NCBI GenBank assembly: GCA_947463095.1
Contig: CANHRE010000005.1
Location: forward strand, 1,120-65,119
Reading direction: 5' to 3'
Source of the DNA: Flavobacteriales bacterium
Lineage (GTDB): Bacteria > Bacteroidota > Bacteroidia > NS11-12g > UBA955
DNA length: 64,000 nucleotides
The position numbers were made by a program, and so were the translations under genes. The notes beneath the pieces are model-generated. The model was not told the DNA's origin. It worked only from the letters and a program-made list of their open reading frames with translations, and did no database searches. Each line of letters opens with the position of its first letter. Position 1 is the stretch's first letter. Shown here piece after piece: positions 19,367-28,326 of this stretch.

Positions 19367-19547
19367 TGCAGGGCCTGGGTTCCCTGCAGTGTTGGAAGTC
19401 TGACGGGAACTACCGGCAGGTTCATCAATTGCTCACTTAGAAGGCTTTCCTTATGGGCAATAATGTCCAGAGAAGACGCGAGCTTCCCTTGAACATGCAG
19501 GTTTAAAAAGCCATTTGGTACAGGGTGCTGAACACCATTCGTTCAGT

Positions 19548-21119
19548 TTAATCGGCTGCCACCTGTATCCGCAGCATTTTATCTCCCACCTGAAGCAGGT
19601 AAATGCCTGGGGAGCAGGCCCGCAGATCAACTGGCATTTCCGCAGGCTGGTGCAGCAGCGCGCGGCCGTTCAGGTCATAGATGTGCAGGAGTTCACCCGG
19701 GGCACTTCCTGTTACGAAGAGCACCCGGTTTGCGGGATTAGGATACACCAGCAGTGATCCCTGTGACGAGGTATGTTGAACGCCAGTGGATTGGCAGGTA
19801 GTAGCACCGCCGGTAAGGCTTTCCAGTTCGCTGCACAGGTATTGATAATGCTTTGCCGCTGTTACATCCAGTGGCGTCGCGAGCAGGTTTTTTCCTTCTC
19901 CGGGGTCTTTGGCCAGATGGTAGAACTCCTCCTTCCCATTGTCAAAGCGCAACAGTTTATAGGATTGGTCTTTAATGCATTTTCCATCGCCTGAATAGGC
20001 AGGAACCTGAAACAGTTCGCTGAAGGCCCAGGGACGTATGGAATCCTTTGCAGCGCTGATGATGGGCCACAGGCTGCGACCGTCGGTAGTCAGTCCTGCC
20101 GGTAATTTATCGTTCAGCCCCAACAGACCCGGTATGGTTTCAAACAAATCTACCGACTGCACCAGGGCGTCGGAAGTTCTTCCTGGCTGCCGTACTGATG
20201 GGCCGGAGATGATTAAAGGCACATGAATGCCATACTCGTAGATGCTGCCTTTTACCCTGGAAGTATCGGCTGTCTGGGCTGTTTGCTTGGTGTTGCCATT
20301 GTCGCCAATAAAGATGAAGTCTGTGCTGTCCAGGCGGTTCATGCTGCGCAGCGTATCCATGAGGCGTCCTATTTCGTGGTCCATGGCCTGAATCATGGCT
20401 TTGAAATAAGATTTGGGCCGGGCCTTGATGTCCTGGGCTGTGCCGCTCAGGGTGGTGTAGCTGTGCAAGCCTGCCGGGGGAAGGTGATAGGGCGAATGAG
20501 GGGCGTTAAAGGCAAGCCAGAGGAACACCGGCTTCTTTCCCTGGGTGCGCAGCCAGCTGATGGCATTGTTCACCTGCTCGGTGGTGGCGTAGGTGGTTAC
20601 AGTGCTGTTTACCCCATTGGTATTCTTGGTCCAGTTGGTATAGCTGTTCAATTGCCCGATGAAAGGCCCTTCGTAGTGCTCATAGCCGAAGAAGTTGGGC
20701 ATTTTCAGGTTGCTTTGAGGCATTGGGTTGTTCAGGTGCCATTTCCCGATCTGTGCCCTTCCAATACCGGGTTTGGCATTGCGGATGCGCTGGGGGAGGG
20801 TAAACTCACTGCTGTCCATTTGTCCGCTGCCGGCGGCTACTACAGCCCCGATACCGGTGCGGAATGCATAGCGTCCGGTGAATAGGGTAGACCGGGTAGC
20901 AGAACAATACGGGTTGGCGGTGAATTGATGGAACAGGACACCCTTCTTGAGCAGGGCGCGGATGTTGGGCACCGCCACGGTATCACCGTGGTCAGGGTAG
21001 AAGCCTAAATAATCCGGGCTGAGGTCGTCGGCGATAATCAGCACCACACTGCGCTGTGAGAATAGGGCGGCGGCTCCTTGCGCGAGGCAAATGAACAGCA
21101 GCAGGGTAAGTTTTTTCAT
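19548..21119 (-). CDS. Sulfatase with T9SS type A C-terminal sorting domain
   Basis: IIADDL, CSATRSTLFTG, GKWHL, APHSP, GDNG, KGSIYEYGIHVP; CTD VYPNPA...IYDLNG...GIYLL. Confidence 0.93.
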   Translation of the reverse strand: MKKLTLLLFICLAQGAAALFSQRSVVLIIADDLSPDYLGFYPDHGDTVAVPNIRALLKKGVLFHQFTANPYCSATRSTLFTGRYAFRTGIGAVVAAGSGQMDSSEFTLPQRIRNAKPGIGRAQIGKWHLNNPMPQSNLKMPNFFGYEHYEGPFIGQLNSYTNWTKNTNGVNSTVTTYATTEQVNNAISWLRTQGKKPVFLWLAFNAPHSPYHLPPAGLHSYTTLSGTAQDIKARPKSYFKAMIQAMDHEIGRLMDTLRSMNRLDSTDFIFIGDNGNTKQTAQTADTSRVKGSIYEYGIHVPLIISGPSVRQPGRTSDALVQSVDLFETIPGLLGLNDKLPAGLTTDGRSLWPIISAAKDSIRPWAFSELFQVPAYSGDGKCIKDQSYKLLRFDNGKEEFYHLAKDPGEGKNLLATPLDVTAAKHYQYLCSELESLTGGATTCQSTGVQHTSSQGSLLVYPNPANRVLFVTGSAPGELLHIYDLNGRALLHQPAEMPVDLRACSPGIYLLQVGDKMLRIQVAAD

Positions 21120-21137
21120 GGCTTCTTAAGAAAGACG

Positions 21138-21164
21138 TTAGATGCTACAGGATGCGAAAAGTTC
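21138..21164 (-). promoter_or_regulatory. ECF (sigmaE-like) promoter
   Basis: Minus strand reads GAACTT-N16-TCTAA, ending 18 nt upstream of the sulfatase ATG. Confidence 0.5.
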
Positions 21165-21200
21165 AATGGCGACCGAACTTATTTCGGTCCAGCGACAGGG

Positions 21201-22220
21201 TTAGAGCCTGCGGATGACCGCACAGGCTTTTTCGATCATTGCCGGAGTAACATCCAGGTGTGTTACCAGACGGATTTGGCTGGGACCGGTGGTGGCCACC
21301 CTAATGCCTTGTTGCAGGAGCTTTTGTGCAATGTCTGCGGCGGTATGCGGGGTTTTGATGTTGAAGATGACGATGTTGGTTTCCACAGGCATCACGGATT
21401 CCACGTAGCGGCATTCATGTAGTGCTTTTTCCAGTATTGAGGCGTGGCGGTGGTCTTCTTCCAGCCTGAGCACCTGGTGTTTCAGTGCATAGAGTCCTGC
21501 GGCGGCAAGGAAGCCGGCCTGTCGCATGCCTCCGCCCATCACCTTGCGGCAGCGTCTGGCTTCTTTGATGAATCCGGAAGTGCCCAGCAGCAAACTGCCC
21601 ACGGGGGCGCCTAATCCTTTGCTCAGGCAAACGGAGATGGAGTTGAAGATGCTGCCCAGTTGCGCGGCGTTCTGTCCTGTGGCCTGCAGGGCGTTAAAAA
21701 TTCGGGCACCATCCAGGTGCAGGGGCAGCTGGTGTCGGTAACAAAGCGCACGGATGGACTCCAGCGTGTTCATGTTGTAACAACTCCCGCCGCCGCGGTT
21801 GGCCGTATGCTCCAGACTTACCAGCGCGGTTCTGGCGCGGTGCACATCATCAGGGTTTATAGCCTCTTCAACCTGCGCAGCCGATATTCTGCCACGGTCG
21901 CCGGGGAGCAGCCTGGGCTGCACACCACTGTTGCGCGCCATGCCGCCACCCTCATATACATAAATGTGCGAGAGGGCTTCGCAGATAACCTCATCACCAG
22001 GGCGTGTATGTACCATGATGGCAATCTGGTTGGTCATGGTGCCACTGGGACAGAACAGCGCTTCTTCCATGCCGAACAGGTTTGCGGTATAGGTTTGCAG
22101 TTCATTGACCGTTGGATCTTCTCCAAACACATCGTCGCCTACATGGGCGTTCATCATTGCCTGAAGCATGCCCGGTGTAGGACGTGTGAAGGTATCGCTG
22201 CGTAATTCTATCAAGTCCAT
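21201..22220 (-). CDS. ltaE: Low-specificity L-threonine aldolase
   Basis: LRSDT, GDDVFGEDPT, PSGTMTNQ, HLDGARIFNA, CLSKGLGAPVGS (PLP lysine). Start moved to MDLIELRSD. Confidence 0.95.
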   Translation of the reverse strand: MDLIELRSDTFTRPTPGMLQAMMNAHVGDDVFGEDPTVNELQTYTANLFGMEEALFCPSGTMTNQIAIMVHTRPGDEVICEALSHIYVYEGGGMARNSGVQPRLLPGDRGRISAAQVEEAINPDDVHRARTALVSLEHTANRGGGSCYNMNTLESIRALCYRHQLPLHLDGARIFNALQATGQNAAQLGSIFNSISVCLSKGLGAPVGSLLLGTSGFIKEARRCRKVMGGGMRQAGFLAAAGLYALKHQVLRLEEDHRHASILEKALHECRYVESVMPVETNIVIFNIKTPHTAADIAQKLLQQGIRVATTGPSQIRLVTHLDVTPAMIEKACAVIRRL

Positions 22221-22334
22221 TGCTGCCTGCAATATGCGCCATTTCCTTAAAAAGCGCGAATACAAGCCATTACGGGACCTGACATATTTTTTTCAATTGA
22301 TAGTGTAAAACATACACTAAGTGAAATTATTCTC

Positions 22335-22448
22335 TATGTTTGTGAACAGCAGGGCAATTTATCCCTGCTTTGAATACAGGCTTTTTTCCCTCTGGGGTTC
22401 TTCATACCAACTTGACCAAGGTCCCGGAAACGGGACTTTGGTGTTTTT
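22335..22448 (+). ncRNA. Candidate intergenic small RNA (about 100 nt; span includes its promoter box)
   Basis: TATGTTTG -7 box at 22335-22342; 5' hairpin AGCAGGG/CCCTGCT; terminator ACCAAGGTCCCG-GAAA-CGGGACTTTGGT followed by GTTTTT, all on + while both flanking genes are on -. Confidence 0.6.
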
Positions 22449-23049
22449 AGGGATTCTGATTCGGGGCTGCTTCTTCCAAAAAGCGACGGTGCAGCGCAGT
22501 AACCTGATCGATGATTGATTGAGTTCCGTCGTTGTGAATCAGTGCGTCGGCGCGCTTGGCCACTTCGTCCTGCGGCATTTGAGATTGAATGCGGCGAAGC
22601 ACTTCTTCGCGGGCCATGCCGTCGCGTTGCATCACACGCTGCACGCGCAATTCCAAGGGCGCTACCACGGCCACCACCCGTTGTACTTGTTTATAGCTGC
22701 CAGATTCGAACATGATGGCTGCTTCTTTAATAACGTAGGGTGCCTGTTGCATTGCGCACCAGCGTTCAAAGTCACGGAACACAGCAGGGTGCACCAAGCT
22801 GTTCAGCAGATCCAGTTTTTCGGGATGGCCGAACACCGCATTAGCCAAGAAACGGCGGTTTGGTTCTGTGCCGGAATAGCTTTCGGGGCCGAAGGCATCC
22901 TTCACGGCCTGAATAAGTTCGGGGTCTTCGCGCATGAGCCTTTTGGCCGCCACGTCGGCAGCATAAACCGGGATGCCCAAATGGGCAAATACCGAGCAAA
23001 CGGTGGATTTACCGCTGCCTATTCCGCCGGTGATGCCAACGCGCAGCAA
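22447..23049 (-). CDS. coaE: Dephospho-CoA kinase
   Basis: VGITGGIGSGKST P-loop, LVHPAV, RVMQRDG, SQMPQ. Confidence 0.97.
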   Translation of the reverse strand: MLRVGITGGIGSGKSTVCSVFAHLGIPVYAADVAAKRLMREDPELIQAVKDAFGPESYSGTEPNRRFLANAVFGHPEKLDLLNSLVHPAVFRDFERWCAMQQAPYVIKEAAIMFESGSYKQVQRVVAVVAPLELRVQRVMQRDGMAREEVLRRIQSQMPQDEVAKRADALIHNDGTQSIIDQVTALHRRFLEEAAPNQNP

Positions 23050-23053
23050 GGCA

Positions 23054-23398
23054 TCAGGCCGATTGCTCTTCGGTTTTTTCGGCTTTGCCGGAATTTGAAT
23101 CGGGATAGGAGCTTTTGGTCATCTCGAAGCTCACGGCCGCCTTTTCAAACTTGATGCGGTTTCCGCTTTCGGTTTCCAGCGTAAGGGTTTGATCCTGAAG
23201 GGACACCACTTTGCCATGCATGCCTCCTGTGGTTACCACATGGTCGCCTTTTTTAATCTCTGACAGGAAGTTGCGCTGTTTTTTCTGTTTGCGCATTTGC
23301 GGCATAATCATGAACACGTAAAAAACGGCCATGATCAGGATGAGGGGCAACATCTGCGACCATCCGCCGCTTTGTGCCTGTAAAACTATATGGTTCAT
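23054..23398 (-). CDS. yajC: Preprotein translocase subunit YajC
   Basis: FYVFMIMPQ...IKKGDHVVTTGGMHGKV. Confidence 0.97.
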   Translation of the reverse strand: MNHIVLQAQSGGWSQMLPLILIMAVFYVFMIMPQMRKQKKQRNFLSEIKKGDHVVTTGGMHGKVVSLQDQTLTLETESGNRIKFEKAAVSFEMTKSSYPDSNSGKAEKTEEQSA

Positions 23399-23403
23399 TG
23401 GTT

Positions 23404-23868
23404 TTATTTCTTAACAACCAGCGCGCGGAAGGTGAGCTTCGTGGTTTCCACGGTGGAATTCTGGAAGAATACATCCACGAACTTGGTGTTTTCTATACCA
23501 TTGGGTTCGCCTCTTCCCGTGGAGTTGAATACGGTTTCTACGTAACCTTCGCCACCGGGGGGTATCACATCCCTGGACCAGTTAGGGGAAGTGCAACCGC
23601 AGGCGGCCTGTACGTCTGAAATCACCAGGTCGCCTTTGCCTACGTTAGTGAACTTGAACTTGTGGCGCACAGATTCACCATCGGTAATCTTGCCAAAGTC
23701 GTGGTATTCCGAATCGAACTTCGCCCAGCCCCGGGTGCTTGTATCGCCCTGCGGCTTGTTGGCCGTAGCGCTGTTGTTGTCAATTTTGTCGGCGCTGATT
23801 TTACCGCCACCGGTGCAGGCTGCCACGAGGGCTGCCGACAGGATGAATATGCTGGTGCTGTATTTCAT
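23404..23868 (-). CDS. DUF1573-domain lipoprotein
   Basis: Lipobox VAAC; HDFG...FKFTNVG...ACGCTSP...IPPG motif; conserved position between nusB and yajC. Confidence 0.9.
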   Translation of the reverse strand: MKYSTSIFILSAALVAACTGGGKISADKIDNNSATANKPQGDTSTRGWAKFDSEYHDFGKITDGESVRHKFKFTNVGKGDLVISDVQAACGCTSPNWSRDVIPPGGEGYVETVFNSTGRGEPNGIENTKFVDVFFQNSTVETTKLTFRALVVKK

Positions 23869-23918
23869 AAATTCTTCCTCACGCAAATTTAACCGAAAAA
23901 GCCATACCCTCAGGTGGT

Positions 23919-24854
23919 TCAGTTTTCACGCAGGCCCCGGCCGGTTTTGTGCATCAGGCCTTCATCCTGCAGGCTGATGCGCAGCTTGTCCAGGATGCCG
24001 TTGATGAATCGGCTGCTGTTGGGCGTTGAATATTCCTTGGCTATTTCCAGGTATTCATTAATGCTCACCTTAGGCGGGATGTGCGGAAAGTGGAGAAATT
24101 CCGCAATGGCCATTTTCATGATGACCATGTCAACAAGTGCGATGCGTTCGGTATCCCAGTTGCTGGAAGCCTGTTTGATGTGCCGTTCAAATTCCTCCTC
24201 ATGGGTGCAAACCAGGGTGAACAGTTCACAGGAAAATTCGATTTCGTCATCGGTTTTGCGCATGGTTGCCGCCAGGGTAACCTGCTGTTCTTTTGCTGCT
24301 TCCAGCGTTTTATACACCACGCGCCAAAGCTGTTGTTCATCGTCGTACCAGGAAGGATAATGTTCTTCCATCAGATCGTTGAAGAACTCATTGGCGTTCA
24401 TCAGGTAATCGAACAATTGCAGCAGGAACTCGCGCTGCATGGAAAAGTCCGGCTTGTCAAACACCAGGTAATCGCGCACAAACTCCTGTTCTTTCAGATC
24501 ATTCCATAAATGGTCGAAGGATTCCGCCGCCTGATCCCAGTTAAAGGAGCGTACCCGACCGCTTTTGCTAACGGTTTCGTCCAGCAGTCCGGCGAGTGCA
24601 TTGTTGTTCAGTGCCATACATTCCCGAATACGTTCCTTGTCGGGAAAGAATTTCTGACGTTCCATATCGGCGATGCTGTTCAGAAAATCTCTGAATGCGG
24701 CCGGAAACTGCAATAAAAACAGGTAATAAGCTTCGAACCGGAACAGCTGCTGCAGCAATTGCTCCTTTCCCCTCTGCACCTGGTCAGACTCCTGTTGCTT
24801 GTAACTGTACAAAGCCTGCAGCGTCTTGATCCTGATCAACCTCCTGGAAAGCAT
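23919..24854 (-). CDS. nusB: Transcription antitermination factor NusB (long Bacteroidota form)
   Basis: MLSRRLIRIKTLQALY; WDTERIA; PPKVSINEYLEIAKEYSTPNSSRFINGILD. Confidence 0.96.
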   Translation of the reverse strand: MLSRRLIRIKTLQALYSYKQQESDQVQRGKEQLLQQLFRFEAYYLFLLQFPAAFRDFLNSIADMERQKFFPDKERIRECMALNNNALAGLLDETVSKSGRVRSFNWDQAAESFDHLWNDLKEQEFVRDYLVFDKPDFSMQREFLLQLFDYLMNANEFFNDLMEEHYPSWYDDEQQLWRVVYKTLEAAKEQQVTLAATMRKTDDEIEFSCELFTLVCTHEEEFERHIKQASSNWDTERIALVDMVIMKMAIAEFLHFPHIPPKVSINEYLEIAKEYSTPNSSRFINGILDKLRISLQDEGLMHKTGRGLREN

Positions 24855-24916
24855 AGAACTTTAACGGGACAAAGGTATGGGTTGAAGTGGGCTCTTATCA
24901 AATAGAATTCAGCAAC

Positions 24917-25384
24917 TTAGGTCAAAGTGCTGATGTGCAGGTGCCGCTCGCTGAGTGTAAAGGCATCTCCTGCTTTCAATCCCCGAAGTTTCTGGCCCAG
25001 GGGGCTCAGCGCCGAAACCACCAGTACGGTATGACCTTCCAACTCCAGCTTACCAATGCCGGTGGCCAGCAATATCAGCTGTCCTTCTGCTTCCAACAAA
25101 ACACCCGGTTCCACGCGCAGCGGGTTCTTTGCCGGCTTCTGCAGGTGATAAAACTTCAGTTCCTTTTTGGCCTGTTCCAATATGGTGGCATAGCGTTCCC
25201 GGTCCAGATTGCCCATGGCCCTTCCGGTTTCATATTTGTCGCCGGCGGAGCTCTTCTCTTCGGCAAGTGAAGCCTCGGCCGCACGTTCCATTGCTGCCAG
25301 TGCCTCTTCGATGCGCTGCTGCACCCTGGCCATACAGGCCTCCCAAATACGTTCTTTCAGCAGTTGCATTGTTTTTTCTTTCAT
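24917..25384 (-). CDS. GreA/GreB-like protein (Bacteroidota KSSAGDKYET family)
   Basis: Coiled coil, then KSSAGDKYETGRAM, second helix, then VSALSPLGQKLRGLKAGD resembling the Gre C-terminal domain. Confidence 0.7.
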   Translation of the reverse strand: MKEKTMQLLKERIWEACMARVQQRIEEALAAMERAAEASLAEEKSSAGDKYETGRAMGNLDRERYATILEQAKKELKFYHLQKPAKNPLRVEPGVLLEAEGQLILLATGIGKLELEGHTVLVVSALSPLGQKLRGLKAGDAFTLSERHLHISTLT

Positions 25385-25395
25385 AAGTTTATGCA

Positions 25396-26241
25396 TCAGG
25401 GTTTGATGAAGGCAGCACAGCACCAGCCTTCACGGTCCTGGGCACTGATAAAGTTCAGTCCGTTTTCAGCGAAGCGCTGCCTGATGTCGTCGAGGTCTGG
25501 GGTGAAAAAGCCACTCACCAACAGCATGGCGCCGTTTTTCATGGTGCGCACATAGGCTGCCACATCGTGCATGATGATGCTTTTCTGGATGTTGGCAATA
25601 AATACATCGAAGTGGTTGGAATAGGCGTTTAATGCCGCGGCATCGCCGAGCAGCACTTCAATGGCTTCGGCCTGGTTGAGGGCCAGATGCTCTTTGGTGT
25701 TTTCTACGCTCCAGGGGTCAAAGTCGATGGCCAGCACCGAGGCAGCTCCCAGCTTAAATGTGAGCATAGCCAGGATGCCCGTTCCGCATCCCATATCGCA
25801 AACGGCTTTTCCTGTTACATCCAGCTGAAGCAGTTGTTCGGCCACCAAAGCGGTGGTGGGATGATGACCGGTGCCGAAACTCATCTTAGGATCTACAGTA
25901 AGTTCCAGCATGGAAGCATCGGGTGCATGAGGATGAAAAGAACCTCGAATCCACAGCGTTCCTGCAAGCAGCAACGGCTGATAGTAGTGTTTTTCCCATT
26001 CTTCATTCCAGTTGCGGTCAGCCAGTTCGCTGCGCTGCGCAGGTCCTTCCGTCCAGTTGGCAACCTCCTCCAGGGCCTCATCCATCCAGGGTCCCAGATC
26101 TTCGGCAGCCACGTAGGCTATCACCTGATTTCCGCTGAACTCAAACCCGCTGAAGGCATAGCCGGACAACAAGCCGGAAACTATTTCAGCATTGGCCTCG
26201 AAAGGCGGTTTCAGGTTCAGGCGCAGGCAGGTAAATGACAT
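25396..26241 (-). CDS. prmA: Ribosomal protein L11 methyltransferase
   Basis: NWNEEWE, PKMSFGTGHHPTT, DMGCGTGILA, FIANI, VSGFF. Confidence 0.96.
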   Translation of the reverse strand: MSFTCLRLNLKPPFEANAEIVSGLLSGYAFSGFEFSGNQVIAYVAAEDLGPWMDEALEEVANWTEGPAQRSELADRNWNEEWEKHYYQPLLLAGTLWIRGSFHPHAPDASMLELTVDPKMSFGTGHHPTTALVAEQLLQLDVTGKAVCDMGCGTGILAMLTFKLGAASVLAIDFDPWSVENTKEHLALNQAEAIEVLLGDAAALNAYSNHFDVFIANIQKSIIMHDVAAYVRTMKNGAMLLVSGFFTPDLDDIRQRFAENGLNFISAQDREGWCCAAFIKP

Positions 26242-26278
26242 GATGCAAAGAAAAGCAGGCCGGCCCGCATTGCGGTAT

Positions 26279-26315
26279 AAAAACAACAAAGCCGGACAAA
26301 AGCCCGGCCTTGTTG
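26279..26315 (-). terminator. Rho-independent terminator
   Basis: Minus strand CAACAAGGCCGGGC-TTTT-GTCCGGCTTTGTTG followed by TTTTT. Confidence 0.8.
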
Positions 26316-26439
26316 CGCTATGAAAACTAAATCTACCCGCACATTAGAACGGCCTCACAGTATAAATGTTTTAGCGGACAAGAAGTATTCTATCGAACGT
26401 TGGTCGAACAAAGCATTCTGCTCCACTTGAAAGGGGCGT

Positions 26440-27546
26440 TCAGCGAAATGGGTTGCTGTATGCTTTGTTGGTAAGCAGGCTGCTGTCCGTCATGGTTTTC
26501 AGGAACGCAATCAGAGCGCTTTTCTGTGCAGCGGTAAGTTGCAGGTGCAGGTTACCGTGGTTCAGCTGCGGGCTCAGGTTGGGCGCATTGAACTTCAGGT
26601 TGTCGCTGTAGTGGTCAATTACCTGTTCCAAGGTAGTGAAGCGGCCATCGTGCATGTACGGGGCAGTATATACCAGGTTGCGCAGGGAAGGTGATTTGAA
26701 TTTACCCAGATCTGAAGCTTTACCGGTGATGTTGCCATATCCTTTATCGGTAAGCACATCATCCAGGCCATTGCTTACAATGCCGATGGAAGGGTCGATA
26801 GCCTGGGCGTGCACTCCACCGTGGCAGTGGAAGCAATCGGCACCGATAGCAGGGCGTGTTGTGCTGTCGGGTGTTCCGTTAAACAGCAGGAAACCATCGC
26901 GTTCCTGGGGGGAAAAGGCATTCAGGTTTCTGGGGAAGAACTGATCGAATTTGCTGTTGGCAGAAACGATGGTCATGAGGAACTGCTCCATGGCCAGCGA
27001 CATATGGTGCAGGTTGGGTTCTTCGCCGAAGGCTTTGCGGAAGGCTATTTGATAGCGGTCCAGTTTCCGGAGTTTTTCCTCCAGGCGAATTACATTCATC
27101 GCCATTTCGCGGTGGTCTTGGATGGGTTCAAATACCAGGTCGCGGAGGCGGCGCTGGCGAGCATCCCAGAAAAAGGTGCGCTGCCATGCCAGGTTGTATA
27201 ATGGCGGAGCATTTCGGGTGCCCTGTAAACCAAACACGCCTTTACTCAGCGTTTTCGGGTCACCAAAAGCGAATTCCTGCCTGTGGCATGAGGCGCAGGA
27301 AATGCTGGAATCCAAACTCAGCACAGGATCGTAAAACAGCATCCTGCCCAGATAAATACCCTCTTCCGTAAGCGGGTTGTCTTTGGGAATCAGGGGCATG
27401 CCGAAGCTCGCCGGAAATACATCCGATGGTTTTACAGGCGTAGCTAGGAAAGAGCTTTTTACCGGCAGCGGCGCTTCCCGTTTGCAGGAATACACCCCGA
27501 AGGCCAGCAATACCGGCAACAGTAGGATGTAGTGCTGCTTCCTCAT
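26440..27546 (-). CDS. Di-heme cytochrome c peroxidase/MauG-family lipoprotein (MbnH-like)
   Basis: Two CxxCH (CASCH, CFHCH), LGRMLFYD, RNAPP, FKSPSLRN, TAPYMHDG; lipobox VYSC; coupled to the mbnP-like gene. Confidence 0.92.
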   Translation of the reverse strand: MRKQHYILLLPVLLAFGVYSCKREAPLPVKSSFLATPVKPSDVFPASFGMPLIPKDNPLTEEGIYLGRMLFYDPVLSLDSSISCASCHRQEFAFGDPKTLSKGVFGLQGTRNAPPLYNLAWQRTFFWDARQRRLRDLVFEPIQDHREMAMNVIRLEEKLRKLDRYQIAFRKAFGEEPNLHHMSLAMEQFLMTIVSANSKFDQFFPRNLNAFSPQERDGFLLFNGTPDSTTRPAIGADCFHCHGGVHAQAIDPSIGIVSNGLDDVLTDKGYGNITGKASDLGKFKSPSLRNLVYTAPYMHDGRFTTLEQVIDHYSDNLKFNAPNLSPQLNHGNLHLQLTAAQKSALIAFLKTMTDSSLLTNKAYSNPFR

Positions 27547-28319
27547 TCCAGGGTTACATTGGTGAAGATGTCTTCCATGTTGGTGAACAGCTTATCCATC
27601 AGGCTGACTTCAGCGCCTGTGGAATGAGAAAAGCTGCCATCCTTCACAAAATTGATGGCGTAGGGATTCTTGAAATATTCTTCTGCATCAGTGCGCACCA
27701 CCAGCGAATGGTTACCCGGAACCTTGGTAAAGGGGAAGAGCAGATCGATGGTACGCACATAGCGCATGGTAGCCATGTGGAAGCTGAAGGCCGACTTCTG
27801 TGTGCTGTTTTTGGGGATGTAATTGCCGTCCACCATGGAGAAGATGTATCCTCCTGCCCATCCCCAGTGCATGCCATTGTTCAGCGGGCTAAGGGGGTGG
27901 TCGGCAGGCCATTGTGCGGGGTCGCCGTGGTTGGTGGCTGAATCCAGGCCAACAGTGAGAGAAATGCCTTTGTAGCTGCCGATGGGTACTTCGAAATATG
28001 GGGTGCTGGTAGCGCCGGCCTTGAAATCGGCATAGGCATAGCCATCACCCAGCTTCAACCGGCTTCCATCTTCACGAATCAGAGATGCATTGGAAAACAG
28101 CAGCTTGAACTGGTCAAAGATGAGTGTTTCGCCGTCGGCCTTCACAAAATCCGGATTGCCGAAGGATAGAAGCTTGGAGCCAAATACACCCTCAAAGCGC
28201 AGGGTTAGCTTAGAAGCATCTGCAGGTGCCGGTGGATTTTCAGGTTCACAGGAAGAAAGGGTCAGCAGCGCAGCAACTGCTCCCAGGCTGTATATTGATT
28301 TCATGAAGGTGTTCATCAT
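27543..28319 (-). CDS. MbnP-family copper-binding lipoprotein
   Basis: Lipobox LSSC; GLDSATNHGDP and MHWGWAGGYIF (WxW) motif; adjacent to the di-heme enzyme. Confidence 0.85.
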   Translation of the reverse strand: MMNTFMKSIYSLGAVAALLTLSSCEPENPPAPADASKLTLRFEGVFGSKLLSFGNPDFVKADGETLIFDQFKLLFSNASLIREDGSRLKLGDGYAYADFKAGATSTPYFEVPIGSYKGISLTVGLDSATNHGDPAQWPADHPLSPLNNGMHWGWAGGYIFSMVDGNYIPKNSTQKSAFSFHMATMRYVRTIDLLFPFTKVPGNHSLVVRTDAEEYFKNPYAINFVKDGSFSHSTGAEVSLMDKLFTNMEDIFTNVTLE

Positions 28320-28326
28320 ATATTAA

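Noticed and set aside
19367-19547. Possible structured RNA between polA and the sulfatase
   Set aside because: Only short weak hairpins; no promoter-terminator unit or known motif.
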